Of a stretch of DNA of 64,000 nt, positions 1 through 11,947 are shown piece by piece (within the stretch, counting starts at the first letter, position 1; the number at the start of each line of letters is the position of its first letter). The DNA is taken from assembly GCA_012295275.1 (NCBI GenBank), contig CM022679.1, positions 1,116,001 through 1,180,000 of the forward strand, written 5' to 3'. The position numbers and the translations under genes are program-made. The DNA is from Chrysomallon squamiferum (taxonomy: Eukaryota > Animalia > Mollusca). The notes beneath the pieces were generated by a model that worked only from the letters and a program-made list of their open reading frames with translations, ran no database searches and was not told where the DNA came from.

Positions 1-3
1 ACA

Positions 4-151
4 TCATCTGACAAACCTTCTGATAAAAGCAGTGTAGCCGCTTTCAGTTATAAACACAACCGGCAACTCCCCTGAATACTTCAGACGACAACGTGTCGGC
101 TACGACATATTTCTTCCTCTTTCAACAAACCAGAGCTCCACCGCCGTCACC
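4..151 (-). pseudogene. Orphan, disrupted exon 7 of the S1 protease family
   Basis: Acceptor ttttaag|GGTGAC, then GDGGGALVC* (Ser195->Gly, immediate TGA, later frameshift), ending like family exon 7 (..IRRFVR*). No exons 1-6 lie upstream; it backs onto the SP1 promoter. Confidence 0.85.
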
Positions 152-560
152 CTTAAAATACTAAAACAGTTCTGACACTGATTAACTTCTAGTAGCATTA
201 TCTTTTTTATAATAATATAACAATAGTGACTCTGATTAATTTCTAGTAGCATTATCTTTTTTATAATAATATAACAGTAGTGACTCTGATTAATTTCTAG
301 TAGCATTATCTTTTTTATAATAATATAACAGTAGTGACTCTGATTAATTTCTAGTAGCATTATCTTTTTTATAATAATATAACGGTAACGACACTGATTG
401 ATATGATAGTAGTATTATCATTTTTATAATAATGTAACAGTAGTGAAAATAATTAATGTGATAATAGTATTATCATTTTGATAATAGTGTAACAGAAGTC
501 ACACTGACAAAAATGACAGTGGTATTATCAATTTTATAAAAATGTAACAGTAGTGACACC
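152..560. repeat. ~57-bp minisatellite (intron-6 type array)
   Basis: Repeats of gtgactctgattaatttctagtagcattatcttttttataataatataacagta; the same family fills intron 6 of every paralog. Confidence 0.85.
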
Positions 561-789
561 AGTCTAAACAATTTCAGAGAAACTCTACAATATAATTATG
601 AAATGTACGTATTGTTTATATTCCCTGTCTATCTATCTGTCTGTCTATCTGAATAAATAAATATGATGTGTTTGCGTGTATGTGTAAGTGGGCAGAGTAC
701 GTATTTGTTTCTGTTTTTCCTAAACATAAGCCGCATACAGATATCGACGTCATCACTAAACACACCTACATACACTCTTAGTTACGTAA

Positions 790-838
790 CAGGTGACTAT
801 AAAACTGGCACAACCCGTACCACGTCACTTGTTTACTT
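790..838 (+). promoter_or_regulatory. SP1 core promoter: E-box CAGGTG, TATAAAA (798-804), Inr-like TCACTT ~29 nt downstream, forkhead-like TGTTTAC
   Basis: The same block at the same spacing precedes the ATG of all six intact paralogs (E-box reads CATGTG in SP5). Confidence 0.7.
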
Positions 839-848
839 CATCGTCAGC

Positions 849-1060
849 ATGATTCGTTTTCTCCTTCTTCTGAGTCTTCCGATTTTTCCAGTGGGTAAGA
901 AAGTGTTTCTCTGAAGCAGACCAAGCTGTATCTCACTGTAGATAGTCTGTGAATGAAAATTATTTATTTAGACGGGTAACGTTGTGAGTGACAAGAAGCT
1001 GTAGAGACCCTAACTGATCCATATATGAAAAATATATCAGTTTTGTCATAGCTAAAAGTT

Positions 1061-1110
<50 letters not shown>

Positions 1111-4100
1111 CGGTGTGTGTCTGTGTTTATTTGTTTATTTATTTATTTATTTATTTATTTAAGAGAGTCAGTTCTTTGAGAGTCGTTCTATAGGAGGTAG
1201 ACCTATTATAAAAGGCGAGAAGCCATGGCTTGTACTCCTCGAGGCTAAGATGGTCCATGACAAATTCCTCTGGCGTGTTAAATCATACACCGTCTATTTG
1301 TGCGGTGGTTCTGTCATCAGTGACTACTGGATCCTTTCTGCCTCCCACTGCTTCAAAGACCGGTATTCAGTTCTAAAGCCACATAATTAAGTTTGATACC
1401 TAATAGTAATTATAATGTACGTACTAGTGGTTGCAGTAACGGTTGTCGTGGTGGGATTAATGGTAATGGTAGTAATAATGGAAATTCCAGGACAGCAGTA
1501 GTGGTGGTCGTCGTCGTAGTGGTACTAATAGCAGTACTATTATTAATGGTGGTGGCTGTTGTGGTAGTAACAGTTGTAGTTGTAGTAATGGTGGTGGCGG
1601 TGATGTTAGTAATAGTAGTAGTAGTACGAATAATGATGGTGGCTGTAGTAGGGGGTGGTGGTAGCAATAATACTAGTAATACTAGTAATGGTGTGGTGGT
1701 AGTAGATATAGTAGTAATAATAGTAGTGGTATTGGTGTTAGTAGTAATGTAGTAGTCCTAGTACTGGTGGTGGTGGAACTAGTAGTGGTGGTGGTAGTGT
1801 GGGTAGTAGTAATAAAAGTAGTCTTATTAATGGTGGTGGTGGTTATAGTAGTAATAGCAGTAGTGGTAGTAATAATGGTGTTGGTGGAGGTGGTAATGGT
1901 ATTGGTGGTTGAAGTAATAATAGTAGCAGTAATAGTAGTAATAGTAGTAGTAGTAGTAATAATGGTGTTGGTGGAGGTGGTAATGGTATTGGTGGTTGAA
2001 GTAATAGTAGTAGCAGTAATAGTAGTAATAGTAGTAGTAGTAGTAATGGTGTTGGTGGAGGTGGTATGGTATTGGTAGTAGTAGTAGTAGTAATAATGGT
2101 GTTGGTGGAGGTGGTAATGGTATTGGTGGTTGAAGTAATAGTAGTAGCAGTAATAGTAGTAGCAGTAATAGTAGTAGCAGTAGTAGTAGTAGCAGTAGTA
2201 ATCGTGGTCGTCGGGGGTGGTAGTTTATTGGTGGTAGTAGTTGTTACGGTAGTGTTACCGGTGGTGGTAGTAGTTGTTACGGTAGTGGTACTGGTGGTGG
2301 TAGTAGTTGTAGTAGATGTAGAAGTAGTAATAATAGTCCTAGTAGTGATGGTAGTAGTGATTCCTGTAGTACACAAAATTAATATAAATTTGTTTTGTTC
2401 CAGACCTGAATTACGTATAGGACGATACTGGACAGTAAAACTCGCCACCATCAAACTGAAGGTAAAAACATATCAATACACAATAGTGTGTATGTACGAA
2501 CTGTGTATGTAGGTATATATGCATATATATTTATACAGTTGTTGCTGACACCATGTTGCTGCCAACCTGCCGATGATGTGGAAGTAAAAGTGGGAGTATC
2601 TGCTCATCGTCGGGGCTGGCGGCTGACTTCCCGTACCCGATTACTGACGGTCCTGGCACTAATTTGTCACAACCCAGGCTATTTTGTTCACTTGACGTCC
2701 TGGCACTAATTTGTCACAACCCAGGCTAGTTTGTTCACTTGACGGTCCTGGCACTAATTTCTCACAACCCAGGCTATTTTGTTCACTTGACGTCCTGGCA
2801 CTAATTTGTCATCACCCAGGCTATTTTGTTCACTTGACGTCCTGGCACTAATTTCTCACAACCCAGGCTATTTTGTTCACTTGACGAGAAACGCGGACGT
2901 TTAGCCTTTGGCTAGAGAACCTTCAAGAAACATCGACCAGAGGGTAACCATCTCTTCCTATGAAGCACGCCGGTCATGCGTAGTTACTTTCTTCCATTAA
3001 TATATGTATGTGTGTATATATATGTAGATATATAGATATATATACATATATACACACACACACGTATATATATATATATATATATATATCTGTGCGTTTT
3101 CCTATGTCTGTGTATGTTACAACATGCTACTTATTTTCATTTATTTTCATCATCATCAAGGACGAAAAACAGGGCGTACCAAGATACTTCGGAGATAGAG
3201 TCGTACCACCTGCTTGGAACCAGTGGAACGTCCAAGCCTTACGAATTATAATGCATCCATTATATAGAGAAGGTGAGTAGTGACATGTATTCGAAATATC
3301 TACACTAGCTCTACAGTATCTTGCATCCACGTCTATATTTACATCACACATCTCTACATTAACTTACATAAACAACTACGTTTATAGATCACATCTCTGT
3401 ATTAACTTACATCATCTCTACATTAATCTGTCTGTAAATTACATACATTTATATTTACATATGATATCTCCACATTAATTTTCGTATATATCTGTGTTTA
3501 TATATCATATCTCAACATTAACTTATATACACCTCAGTCTGTACATAACTCTCTAGGGTGGAGATTATCGCTGATTTAACACAGCGAAATCTGCACAGTT
3601 TGATTACCTTTCCCTCGTAGACCGCGACGATCTACATGAGAGAGAAAACCATTGTATCTTTGTGTTGATTTCTGATATTACACATGTTAATCTTACGGTG
3701 CTTAATTTGACAGGTGCTACTGTTATCATTATCATACTTATTAGCAGTAGTGGTATTGTTGTTGTTGTTGTTATTATTACTATTATCCCATTTAACATCA
3801 TCATTAATACATGTATTATTATTATTATTATTATTATCACTGTTATTTAATAACTAATTAACTGATTAATTAATTAATTTATTTAATTATTTATTCATTT
3901 ATTCATTTATTTATTTGCTCTCTAATGACAAACTGAGATATTTGTTATTTTTATTTTAACTGTAACTTAGACTTTCCATTGTTGTAGTTATTTCTGTTAC
4001 CGTCATTGTTGTCTGGCTCATATTGCAGACAGCAAAGATCACGACATTGCCCTTGTGCAACTGTCCAAAAGCGTACCTTCTGGAGGTACAAACAGATACA

Positions 4101-5208
4101 TCCGGAAAATAGACTTGCCGAGAAGAAATGAAATATTCCCTGTTGGTACGATGTGTTCCCTTAGTGGCTGGGGATGTACCAGAAAAGGTTGGTTCAGTGA
4201 ATCGTTATTCTCCTTCCTTTGTACAGAAGTTTGATAATGTTGAACAAATTATATCGAAAATTGTGGCACCATTATCCAAGATGACTTCTGCTGAATAGAA
4301 AAATTATAATTTTAATGCTGTTTTCCAATTAAAGAAGTTTCAGTTCGTTTTCTATGAACGGGAATCAAACGAGATTAAAAAAATGGATTTCATGTCTTTT
4401 GATATTTTTTAAAATGTCCTTGATCCAATTTCGCTATGAAGTAATGAAAGAACCTCCAGCTAACCGAAAGAAAAAGGTTGCTGTAAAACAAATTACTTTT
4501 TTGTTTCTTGTAGGTGGACATGCGTCACCCGTGGCACGGACAATAACAATTCCAATACTACGCAGCTCAACCTGCTATAAATTGTTTAAAAAAAACATGG
4601 AAAAGAAAGTATGTGCCGGTTACATAAACAAAGGGATTTCAGGCTGTAAAGTAAGTAAATACAGTCACATACCCCCAATACTCTCTCTCTCTCAGATGCA
4701 TGCGTGCACACACACACACACACAAACAGACACACACAGACACAAGAACCAATGCTACTACAAATATAAGTTTAAACGTACGTTATCGAACTGTTATATT
4801 ATTATAAGAGTTACTCTACTGCTACCAAACTCATCATGTCACTAGTGTTATATTATTATTACGATCAGTACTTTTTTTTATATTATTATAAATACGTACT
4901 GCTATCAAAAATTCACCAGTGTCACTACTGTTATATTATTATAAAAATGATTAATCCACAATCATATTAATCAGTGTCACTACTGTCATATTATTATAAA
5001 GATAATAATACTACTATCATATTAATCAGTGTGAGTTCTGCTTTGTTTTAAGGGTGACAGCGGTGGAGGTCTGGTTTGTGTAATGCACAGCAGAACTGTT
5101 GTAGTCGGCACGTTGTCGTTCGGGAGCCTCGAAAGTCCATCACAACTGCCGAACGTCTTCATAGCTGTCAGCCAGTACATGGACTGGATCAGAAGATATG
5201 TCAGATGA
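849..5208 (+). CDS. SP1: secreted S1A serine protease, chymotrypsin-like (Ser189), 288 aa, 7 exons
   Basis: Exons 849-894, 1164-1362, 2404-2461, 3161-3272, 4029-4187, 4514-4650, 5053-5208; all GT-AG; 867 nt in frame. Signal [15 protein letters not shown]; ESR|SIGG; LSASHC (H57), HDIAL (D102), SGWGC, ISGCKGDSGGGLVC (S195). Confidence 0.93.
1430..2370. repeat. (GTA/GTG/ATA)n low-complexity tract in SP1 intron 2
   Basis: Trinucleotide mosaic giving spurious poly-V/poly-T ORFs; counterpart at 12530-13205. Confidence 0.9.
2538..2920 (-). mobile_element. Tc1/mariner transposase relic with internal ~47-bp tandem repeat, SP1 intron 3
   Basis: Reverse strand reads PLLLPHHRQ..TWCQQ, matching the Tc1 fragments in the other paralogs; about 5 copies of gtcctggcactaatttgtcacaacccaggctattttgttcacttgac. 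Confidence 0.7.
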
Positions 5209-6307
5209 TATCATTTCCTGTCATCTGACACTGGTGCATTTCAGCCAAATTGTCATTTAAAGCCATGGAAACAACTATAACTATTGTTTCTTTGTAATAA
5301 TTGTTTTGAAATATGTTTTAAAACATATACTTTTTGACATTTTCAGTTATCTATCTGTCTATCTATCTATCTATTTATCTATCTATATATATTTTTTTTC
5401 AGTAACCTATCTATCTATCTATCTGTCGATCTATATACATATATGTGTGTAAATTTAATAGATAGATAGATAGTTAGTTAGATAGATAGATAGATAGATA
5501 GATAGACAGATAGATAGATAGACTGCTGAAAATGTCAACAAATATATTTTATTAACTGCAAACTGCCAGTTAAAGTATTCATAACGTTTTAAGAATTAAA
5601 ATAATCTAAAATCAGTTTTCTGAAAATGTAGAAAGTAAGAAAAGGCGCCATCATGTGTTCACACACACACACACACACGCACACACACAGCCACACACAC
5701 ACACTCATGCATACACACAAACACACACGCGCGCACACACGCACACACACACACACACACACTCATGCATACAGACAAACACATGCATACAGTAGGCACT
5801 TACTGTCGTGAAATGGCATAATAATAAATATCGCATCTAATGACAGTAGTTTGATCACAAGTTTGATGGGATAATGGTTTGTTCACAATCGATACGGACA
5901 AACATATTACTTTTTCACTTGAAATTGTATCTCATAGGAAAAACAAAACTATTTGCTGATGTGCGACAAAGTGTGAACTACGTCACGAAAATAACACTTC
6001 GGACAGTTAGTGTAACACAAATATAGTCGCAAGTCAGGAACACTCGGTCACAGCGTTTTGCAGACACAAACCTTTCTAACACTATGGCCTCGTTCTGACA
6101 TACCTACTGTGGCGTCGTATTTCGTTATTAATTAAGACCGGATAGGAGAAGGGAACAAAAATCGAAATGAAAAACAAAACAAATACCATAAAATTTTGAA
6201 ATATGATGAATATATGTATTGAAAAAGTAACAGTTTAAAGACAGGTTCAGTTGAAAAAAAAAAAAAATAATAATAATAATAAAAATAAAAAAAAAAAAAA
6301 AAAAAAA

Positions 6308-6355
<48 letters not shown>

Positions 6356-6443
6356 AATAAATAAATAAATCAGTAAATTTACACATCATTTGAAAGCACA
6401 CCAAAGGCGCGCTGTGTTATGTAAAAGTAATCGTAAAACCTGA

Positions 6444-6655
6444 CCACGTCACTTGTTTACTTCATCATCGTCAGCATGATTCGTTTTCTCCGTTTTCTGA
6501 GTCTTCAGATTTTTCCAGTGGGTAAGAAAGTGTTTCTCTGAAGCAGACCTAGCTGTAACTTACTGTAGATAGTCTGTGAATGAAAATTATTTAGACGGGT
6601 AACGTTGTGAGTGACAAGAAGCTGTAGTGATCCTAACTGATCCATATATGAAACA
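6444..6655 (+). pseudogene. Orphan exon 1 (ATG 6476, exon end 6521) plus start of intron 1, no TATA box
   Basis: [15 protein letters not shown]|gtaag; homology stops at ~6655 and no exon 2 follows. Confidence 0.8.
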
Positions 6656-7330
6656 TTGTTTAACCTTCCAGTTAATCACTGGAATCACTGTCATTCTCTT
6701 GACAAATATATCCACTTCTTTTAAAACAGAAAAAACAGAGAAAATATATAAAAAGAATATACATTTTTGTTAGCTATAATTCTTTGTTTTCGTCAGTAAG
6801 AAAAATAAATATTCACATCGAGACACATATCATAGAAAACACTAACATAATAACACTAATGTTGTTATTTTGGCATGGAAGACTGGAATGACATCATAAC
6901 AGCTTCAAAACAGCCTCATTATCGTTACATCCAAGTTCTTTCAGTGTGTGTTGATGACGGAAATTTATAAGTCGATAGATCATTTTTACCTGTTTCTCTG
7001 GTTCGGTTTATTTTCGGATTTTCAATCATTTTTTTATAAGAATTTTCACCTAATTGATGTTTGATTTGATTATGCTTTTAAACATATGGCAAATTTACGT
7101 AAAATTTAGAGTTTGGGAATTCGCCATTTCCGAAAAAAATTGGCGTTAGCAATGTTAATGAATAGATGTGATGTAGATTTTATATAATATTTTATTTATT
7201 CATGTTGTGTACTTTCTACCTGTGTGTCTGTCTTTTAATATTTCAAAATTAATACGAAGAAACAATAAAATTTGATTGACTTAAACTTTTACTGAAGTGA
7301 AACTTTATTGAGATGTGAAATTTCCTGTCA

Positions 7331-7555
7331 CCCACTGCGTAATACCTGTTCCTTTTTCTACAAACCAGCGAGGCACCGCTGTGTGAAATCGATATAGGAA
7401 AAATATGAAAAAACAGAACTATTAGTATTATAGCAGTATTATCATTTTTTATAATGTATACGTTAGTGACACTGATTAGTATTATAGCAGTATTATCATT
7501 TTTATAATGTATAAGTTAGTGACACTGATTAGTATTATAGCAGTATTATCATTTT
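7331..7555 (-). pseudogene. Fragment of SP3 exon 7 plus intron-6 minisatellite
   Basis: 7331-7382 matches 18613-18664 (SGASLVCRKRNRYYAVG) and is followed by SP3-type intron-6 repeat units. Confidence 0.8.
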
Positions 7556-9109
7556 ACTGGATGACGTCATTATAGAAAAATATCACACACACACAGCCAT
7601 ATAAAAAAAACAAAAAACAAATAGAACGATGAAGATAGAGAAAAGGAAGTTAGTACGACTGATTATTATTGATATAAGTGGAAAGAAGTAAAATAAGATA
7701 AACATCTTTAGTATGAAACCAATATATTATTGAAATCATCAATTAGGAAAAAAAACAACAACACAAGTTTAGATTTAGAGATGTTTGTGATTGATCAATT
7801 ATTGCCAGAAAAAAAAAAAATAAAAAATAAAAATCTATAGACATATTTTGCTGTAAACTGGCAGTTAAAGTGATCATGACTTTGTAAGAATTAAAACAAT
7901 CAAAGAAAGTGGAAATGATCGTAAAACAGCTTTGAGTGCCAACGAAAATGTTTCAGAAGGTAGGAAAATGCGGCGTCGTGCGTTCTCACATACACATGCA
8001 CAAAGTAAACACTTCACTGCCATGAAATAATAATAAATAACGCATCAAATGACAGTATTTTGAGCACAATTTTGATGAGATAACGGTTTGTTTACAATCG
8101 ACCAAATCATATTATTTTCCCAAAGGCTAGAAAGAACCGTTAGCGCTCAGTAGTTTGATTATATTACTAAATCACTGAAAGTAGTTTGATTATATTACTA
8201 AATCACTGAAAGTAGTTTGATTATATTACTAAATCACTAAAGTGACTTTATTCTGGGAAAACATGGACGAGCAACAACACTGGGAACTTGGATAACAAGT
8301 GACAGTCAATTTTGACATCCTTGCTGGAAAAGATCCTAACAAAACTGTTGTCCGGGTTTCAATCACTTCAGTAAAATGTTATTGTTTGTTTGTATGAAAC
8401 ATTTGAAGATAGACACACAGGTAGAAAGTAAGTACACAACATGAATAAATAAAATATTATTTAAAATCTACATCACGTATCTTCATTAGCATTGCTAACG
8501 CCCATTTTGTTTTCGGAAATGGCGAACACCCAAATTTAAAAAAAAAAAAAAAAAAAATATTGTCAGAGTTTCACTCGTCTGCGTGTTTTAGCACTTTTCC
8601 GTGCTGTTTTTCTGTTGAAATTGCTTCTCATATGAAAACAAAACTAGTATGCTGATGTTTCGCAAAATGTGAACTATATCACGAAAGTGTCCGCTTTCTA
8701 AACTTTTAGACAGTTAGTGTAACACAAATATAGTCACTGACACGGAGGCAATGAAAAAATGGCTCACAGCGTTTTAAAGAAGAAGAAGAAGAACTAAATA
8801 AAATAAATCGAATAACGTCATATACTTGTCGTCTGTCACATTTCATTACATTTTCACAATAAAAGTTTAAATCAATAAAATGTTATTGTTTCTTCGTATC
8901 AATTTTGAAACATTTAAAGACAGCACTACAGGTAGAGAGTATACAACATGAGTAAATGAAAACTTATTTTTAATGTACATCAGCCGCATTTTAATTTAAT
9001 CTGCAAACGTACATCATATATCTTGTTTTTTGCAACGTTAATAAACGATACCACTCCTTTTCTTGAAATGACGAATTAGTTAACTTAGAATGTTACGCAT
9101 ATTTACCAT

Positions 9110-10790
9110 ATGTATAAAAGATGGATGGATATAGCAGCGAATATTCTGTTGTCTTCAGTAGGTCTGATCAGGATTTGCATACAAACAGTATTCAGGAGCA
9201 GACTGGCAAAGTCGAAAATAGTCGTAGCAGTAGTAGCGCCTGTAGTAATAGTCGCAGCAGTAGTAGCGCCTGTAGTAATAGTCGCAGCAGTAGTAGTGCC
9301 TGTAGTAATAGTCGTAGCAGTAGTAATAGTCGCAGCAGTAGTATTAGTCGCAGCAGTAGTAGTGCCTGTAGTAATAGTCGTAGCAGTAGTAATAGTCGCA
9401 GCAGTAGTAATAGTCGCAGCAGTAGTAGTGCCTGTAGTAATAGTCGTAGCAGTAGTAGTGCCTGTAGTAATAGTCGCAGCAGTAGTAGTGCCTGTAGTAA
9501 TAGTCGCAGCAGTAGTAATAGTCGTAGCAGTAGTAGTGCCTGTAGTAATAGTCATAGCAGTAGTAGTGCCTGTAGTAATAGTCGCAGCAGTAGTAGTGCC
9601 TGTAGCAATAGTCGTAGCAGTAATACTGGTAGTAATAGTCGCAGCAATAGTAGTGCCTGTAGTAATAACTGCAGCAGTAGTAGTGCCTGTAGTAATAGTC
9701 GTAGCAGTAGTAGTAGAAGCCAGCTAAATAAAATTAGTCGCAGCAGTAGTAGTGCCTGTAGTAATAGTCGCAGCAGTAGTAGTGCCTGCAGCAGTAGTAC
9801 CTTTAATAGTCGCAGCAATAAAGTAGTGCCTGTAGTAGTAATAGTCGTAGCAGTAGTAGTGCCTGTAGTAATAGTCGCAGCAGTAGTAGTGCCTGTAGTA
9901 ATAGTCGCAGCAAGTAGTAGTGGTAGCAGTAGTAGTGCCTGTAGTAATAGTCGTAGCAGTAGTAGTGCCTGTAGTAATAGTCGCAGCAGTAGTAGTGCCT
10001 GTAGTAATAGTCGTAGCAGTAGTAGTGCCTGTAGTAATAGTCGCAGCAGTAGTAGTGCCTGTAGTAATAGTCGCAGCAGTAGTAGTGCCTGTAGTAATAG
10101 TCGCAGCAGTAGTAATAGTCGCCAGTAGTAAGTAATCGCAGCAGTAGTAGTGCCTGTAGTAATAGTCGTAGCAGTAGTAGTGCCTGTAGTAATAGTCGCA
10201 GCAGTAGTAGTGCCTGTAGTAATAGTCGTAGCAATAGTAGTGCCTGTAGTAATAGTCGCAGCAGTAGTAGTGCCTGTAGTAATAGTCGCAGCAGTAGTAG
10301 TGCCTGTAGTAATAGTCGCAGCAGTAATACTGGTAGTAATACCACTGGTTGTAGGTGTAGTACTAACATTACTGGTACTAGTAGTAGTAGTAATTGTACT
10401 GGTAGTACTACTAGTAGTAGTAGTCATAGTAATGGTAGTCGTGGAGATAGTAGTAGAAAAAGTAGTATTAGTGGTAACAGTAGTAATTATAGAACTACTA
10501 GAGTTCTAGTAATGGTTGTTGTGGTGATAGTAATAGTGGTAGTAGTAGTAGTAGTAATGGTGCTGACGGTGGTGGAAATGATATTGAGGTAGTAGTTGTT
10601 ATAGTAGTAGTAATAATAGCAGTAGTAGTAATGGCTGTGGTAATAGTGGTAGTAGTGGTAGTTGCAGTAAACAAAATTAATGTCAAATTTATTTCTCCGA
10701 GTGCTCAGTTAAAACTACCAGTAAGACTCTCCAGTGAAGATGAAAACCAAAACAGTACACAATACTGTGTGTCTGTCTGTGTGTTTATTT
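9110..10790 (+). pseudogene. Relic paralog: intron 2 plus decayed exon 3
   Basis: 9115-9230 aligns with SP6 intron 2 (49230-49380). 10665-10775 resembles the exon-3 acceptor region and downstream intron (aaaattaat..aaattt..; acacaata.tgtgtgt) but the splice sites are lost. Confidence 0.6.
9217..10335. repeat. 30-bp minisatellite (GTAGTAATAGTCGCAGCAGTAGTAGTGCCT)n
   Basis: More than 30 near-identical units with 18-bp variants. Confidence 0.95.
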
Positions 10791-11156
10791 ATGTATGGAC
10801 ATATGTGTATCAGTATTTGTATTTGGAGTTTGCGATTTTGAATATTCTCTTACGTACGTCTGAATAGACTCTGCACATAGACAACCTTAAAAGAAAGGTT
10901 GCTCAATAACTGGAGGGTAATCATTTTTTTTTTTTTTTTTTTTGCATCTGTTCTTTTTGTGCGAAATCTGCCACAGGCAAGTGTGTAGTTTAGGATATGA
11001 ATATTCTGTGTCTTATGTACGTCTGAATAGACCCTGCACATAGACAATGTTATATATATATAATCCAGTGAATATAAGTTTTCGTGATATTTATTTTCTT
11101 TTATTTAAATAAAAATTTCTCTGAAATGAAGCAGTATCAGATGAAAGGAAATTACA

Positions 11157-11304
11157 TCATCTGACAAACCTTCTGATAAAAGCAGTGTAGCCGCTTTCAG
11201 TTATAAACACAACCGGCAACTCCCCTGAATACTTCAGACGACAACGTGTCGGCTACGACATATTTCTTCCTCTTTCAACAAACCAGAGCTCCACCGCCGT
11301 CACC
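11157..11304 (-). pseudogene. Orphan disrupted exon 7 (duplicate of 4-151)
   Basis: Same GDGGGALVC* lesions; the family 3' UTR is present at 11050-11156. Confidence 0.85.
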
Positions 11305-11947
11305 CTTAAAATAATAAAACAGTTCTGACACTGATTAACTTCTAGTAGCATTATCTTTTTTATAATAATATAACAGTAGTGACTCTGATTAATTTCTAGT
11401 AGCATTATCTTTTTTATAATAATATAACAGTAGTGACTCTGATTAATTTCTAGTAGCATTATCTTTTTTATAATAATATAACGATAAAGACACTGATTGA
11501 TATGATAGTAGTATTATCATATTTATAATAATGTAACAGTAGTGACAATAATTAATGTGATAATAGTATTATCATTTTGATAATAGTGTAACAGAAGTCA
11601 CACTGACAAAAATGACAGTGGTATTATCAATTTTATAAAAATGTAACAGTAGTGACACCAGTCTAAACAATTTCAGAGAAACTCTACAATATAATTATGA
11701 AATGTACGTATTGTTTATATTCCCTGTCTATCTATCTGTCTGTCTATCTGAATAAATAAATATGATGTGTTTGCGTGTATGTGTAAGTGGGCAGAGTACG
11801 TATTTGTTTCTGTTTTTCCTAAACATAAGCCGCATACAGATATCGACGTCATCACTAAACACACCTACATACACTCTTAGTTACGTAACAGGTGACTATA
11901 AAACTGGCACAACCCGTACCACGTCACTTGTTTACTTCATCGTCAGC

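Noticed and set aside
100-360. 86-aa ORF with MLLEINQSHYCYIIIKKI repeats (also 11253-11459)
   Set aside because: Translation of the 57-bp intron-6 minisatellite.
663-914. 83-aa ORF ending [21 protein letters not shown] (also 11762, 46884, 48233)
   Set aside because: Only the 15-codon exon 1 is real; the upstream part runs through the TATA box and the end is intron.
1393-2512. Poly-Val 'membrane protein' and poly-Thr ORFs (also 12488-13222, 35613-35882, 45910-46179)
   Set aside because: Trinucleotide low-complexity tracts within intron 2.
849-5208. Annotation of the cluster as trypsins
   Set aside because: No paralog has Asp189; all have Ser or Gly.
9103-10686. Long ORFs (335-aa Ser-rich, Thr-rich mucin/antifreeze-like, poly-Val)
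   Set aside because: Open in many frames on both strands because of a 30-bp stop-poor repeat inside a relic intron; no signal peptide or splice context.
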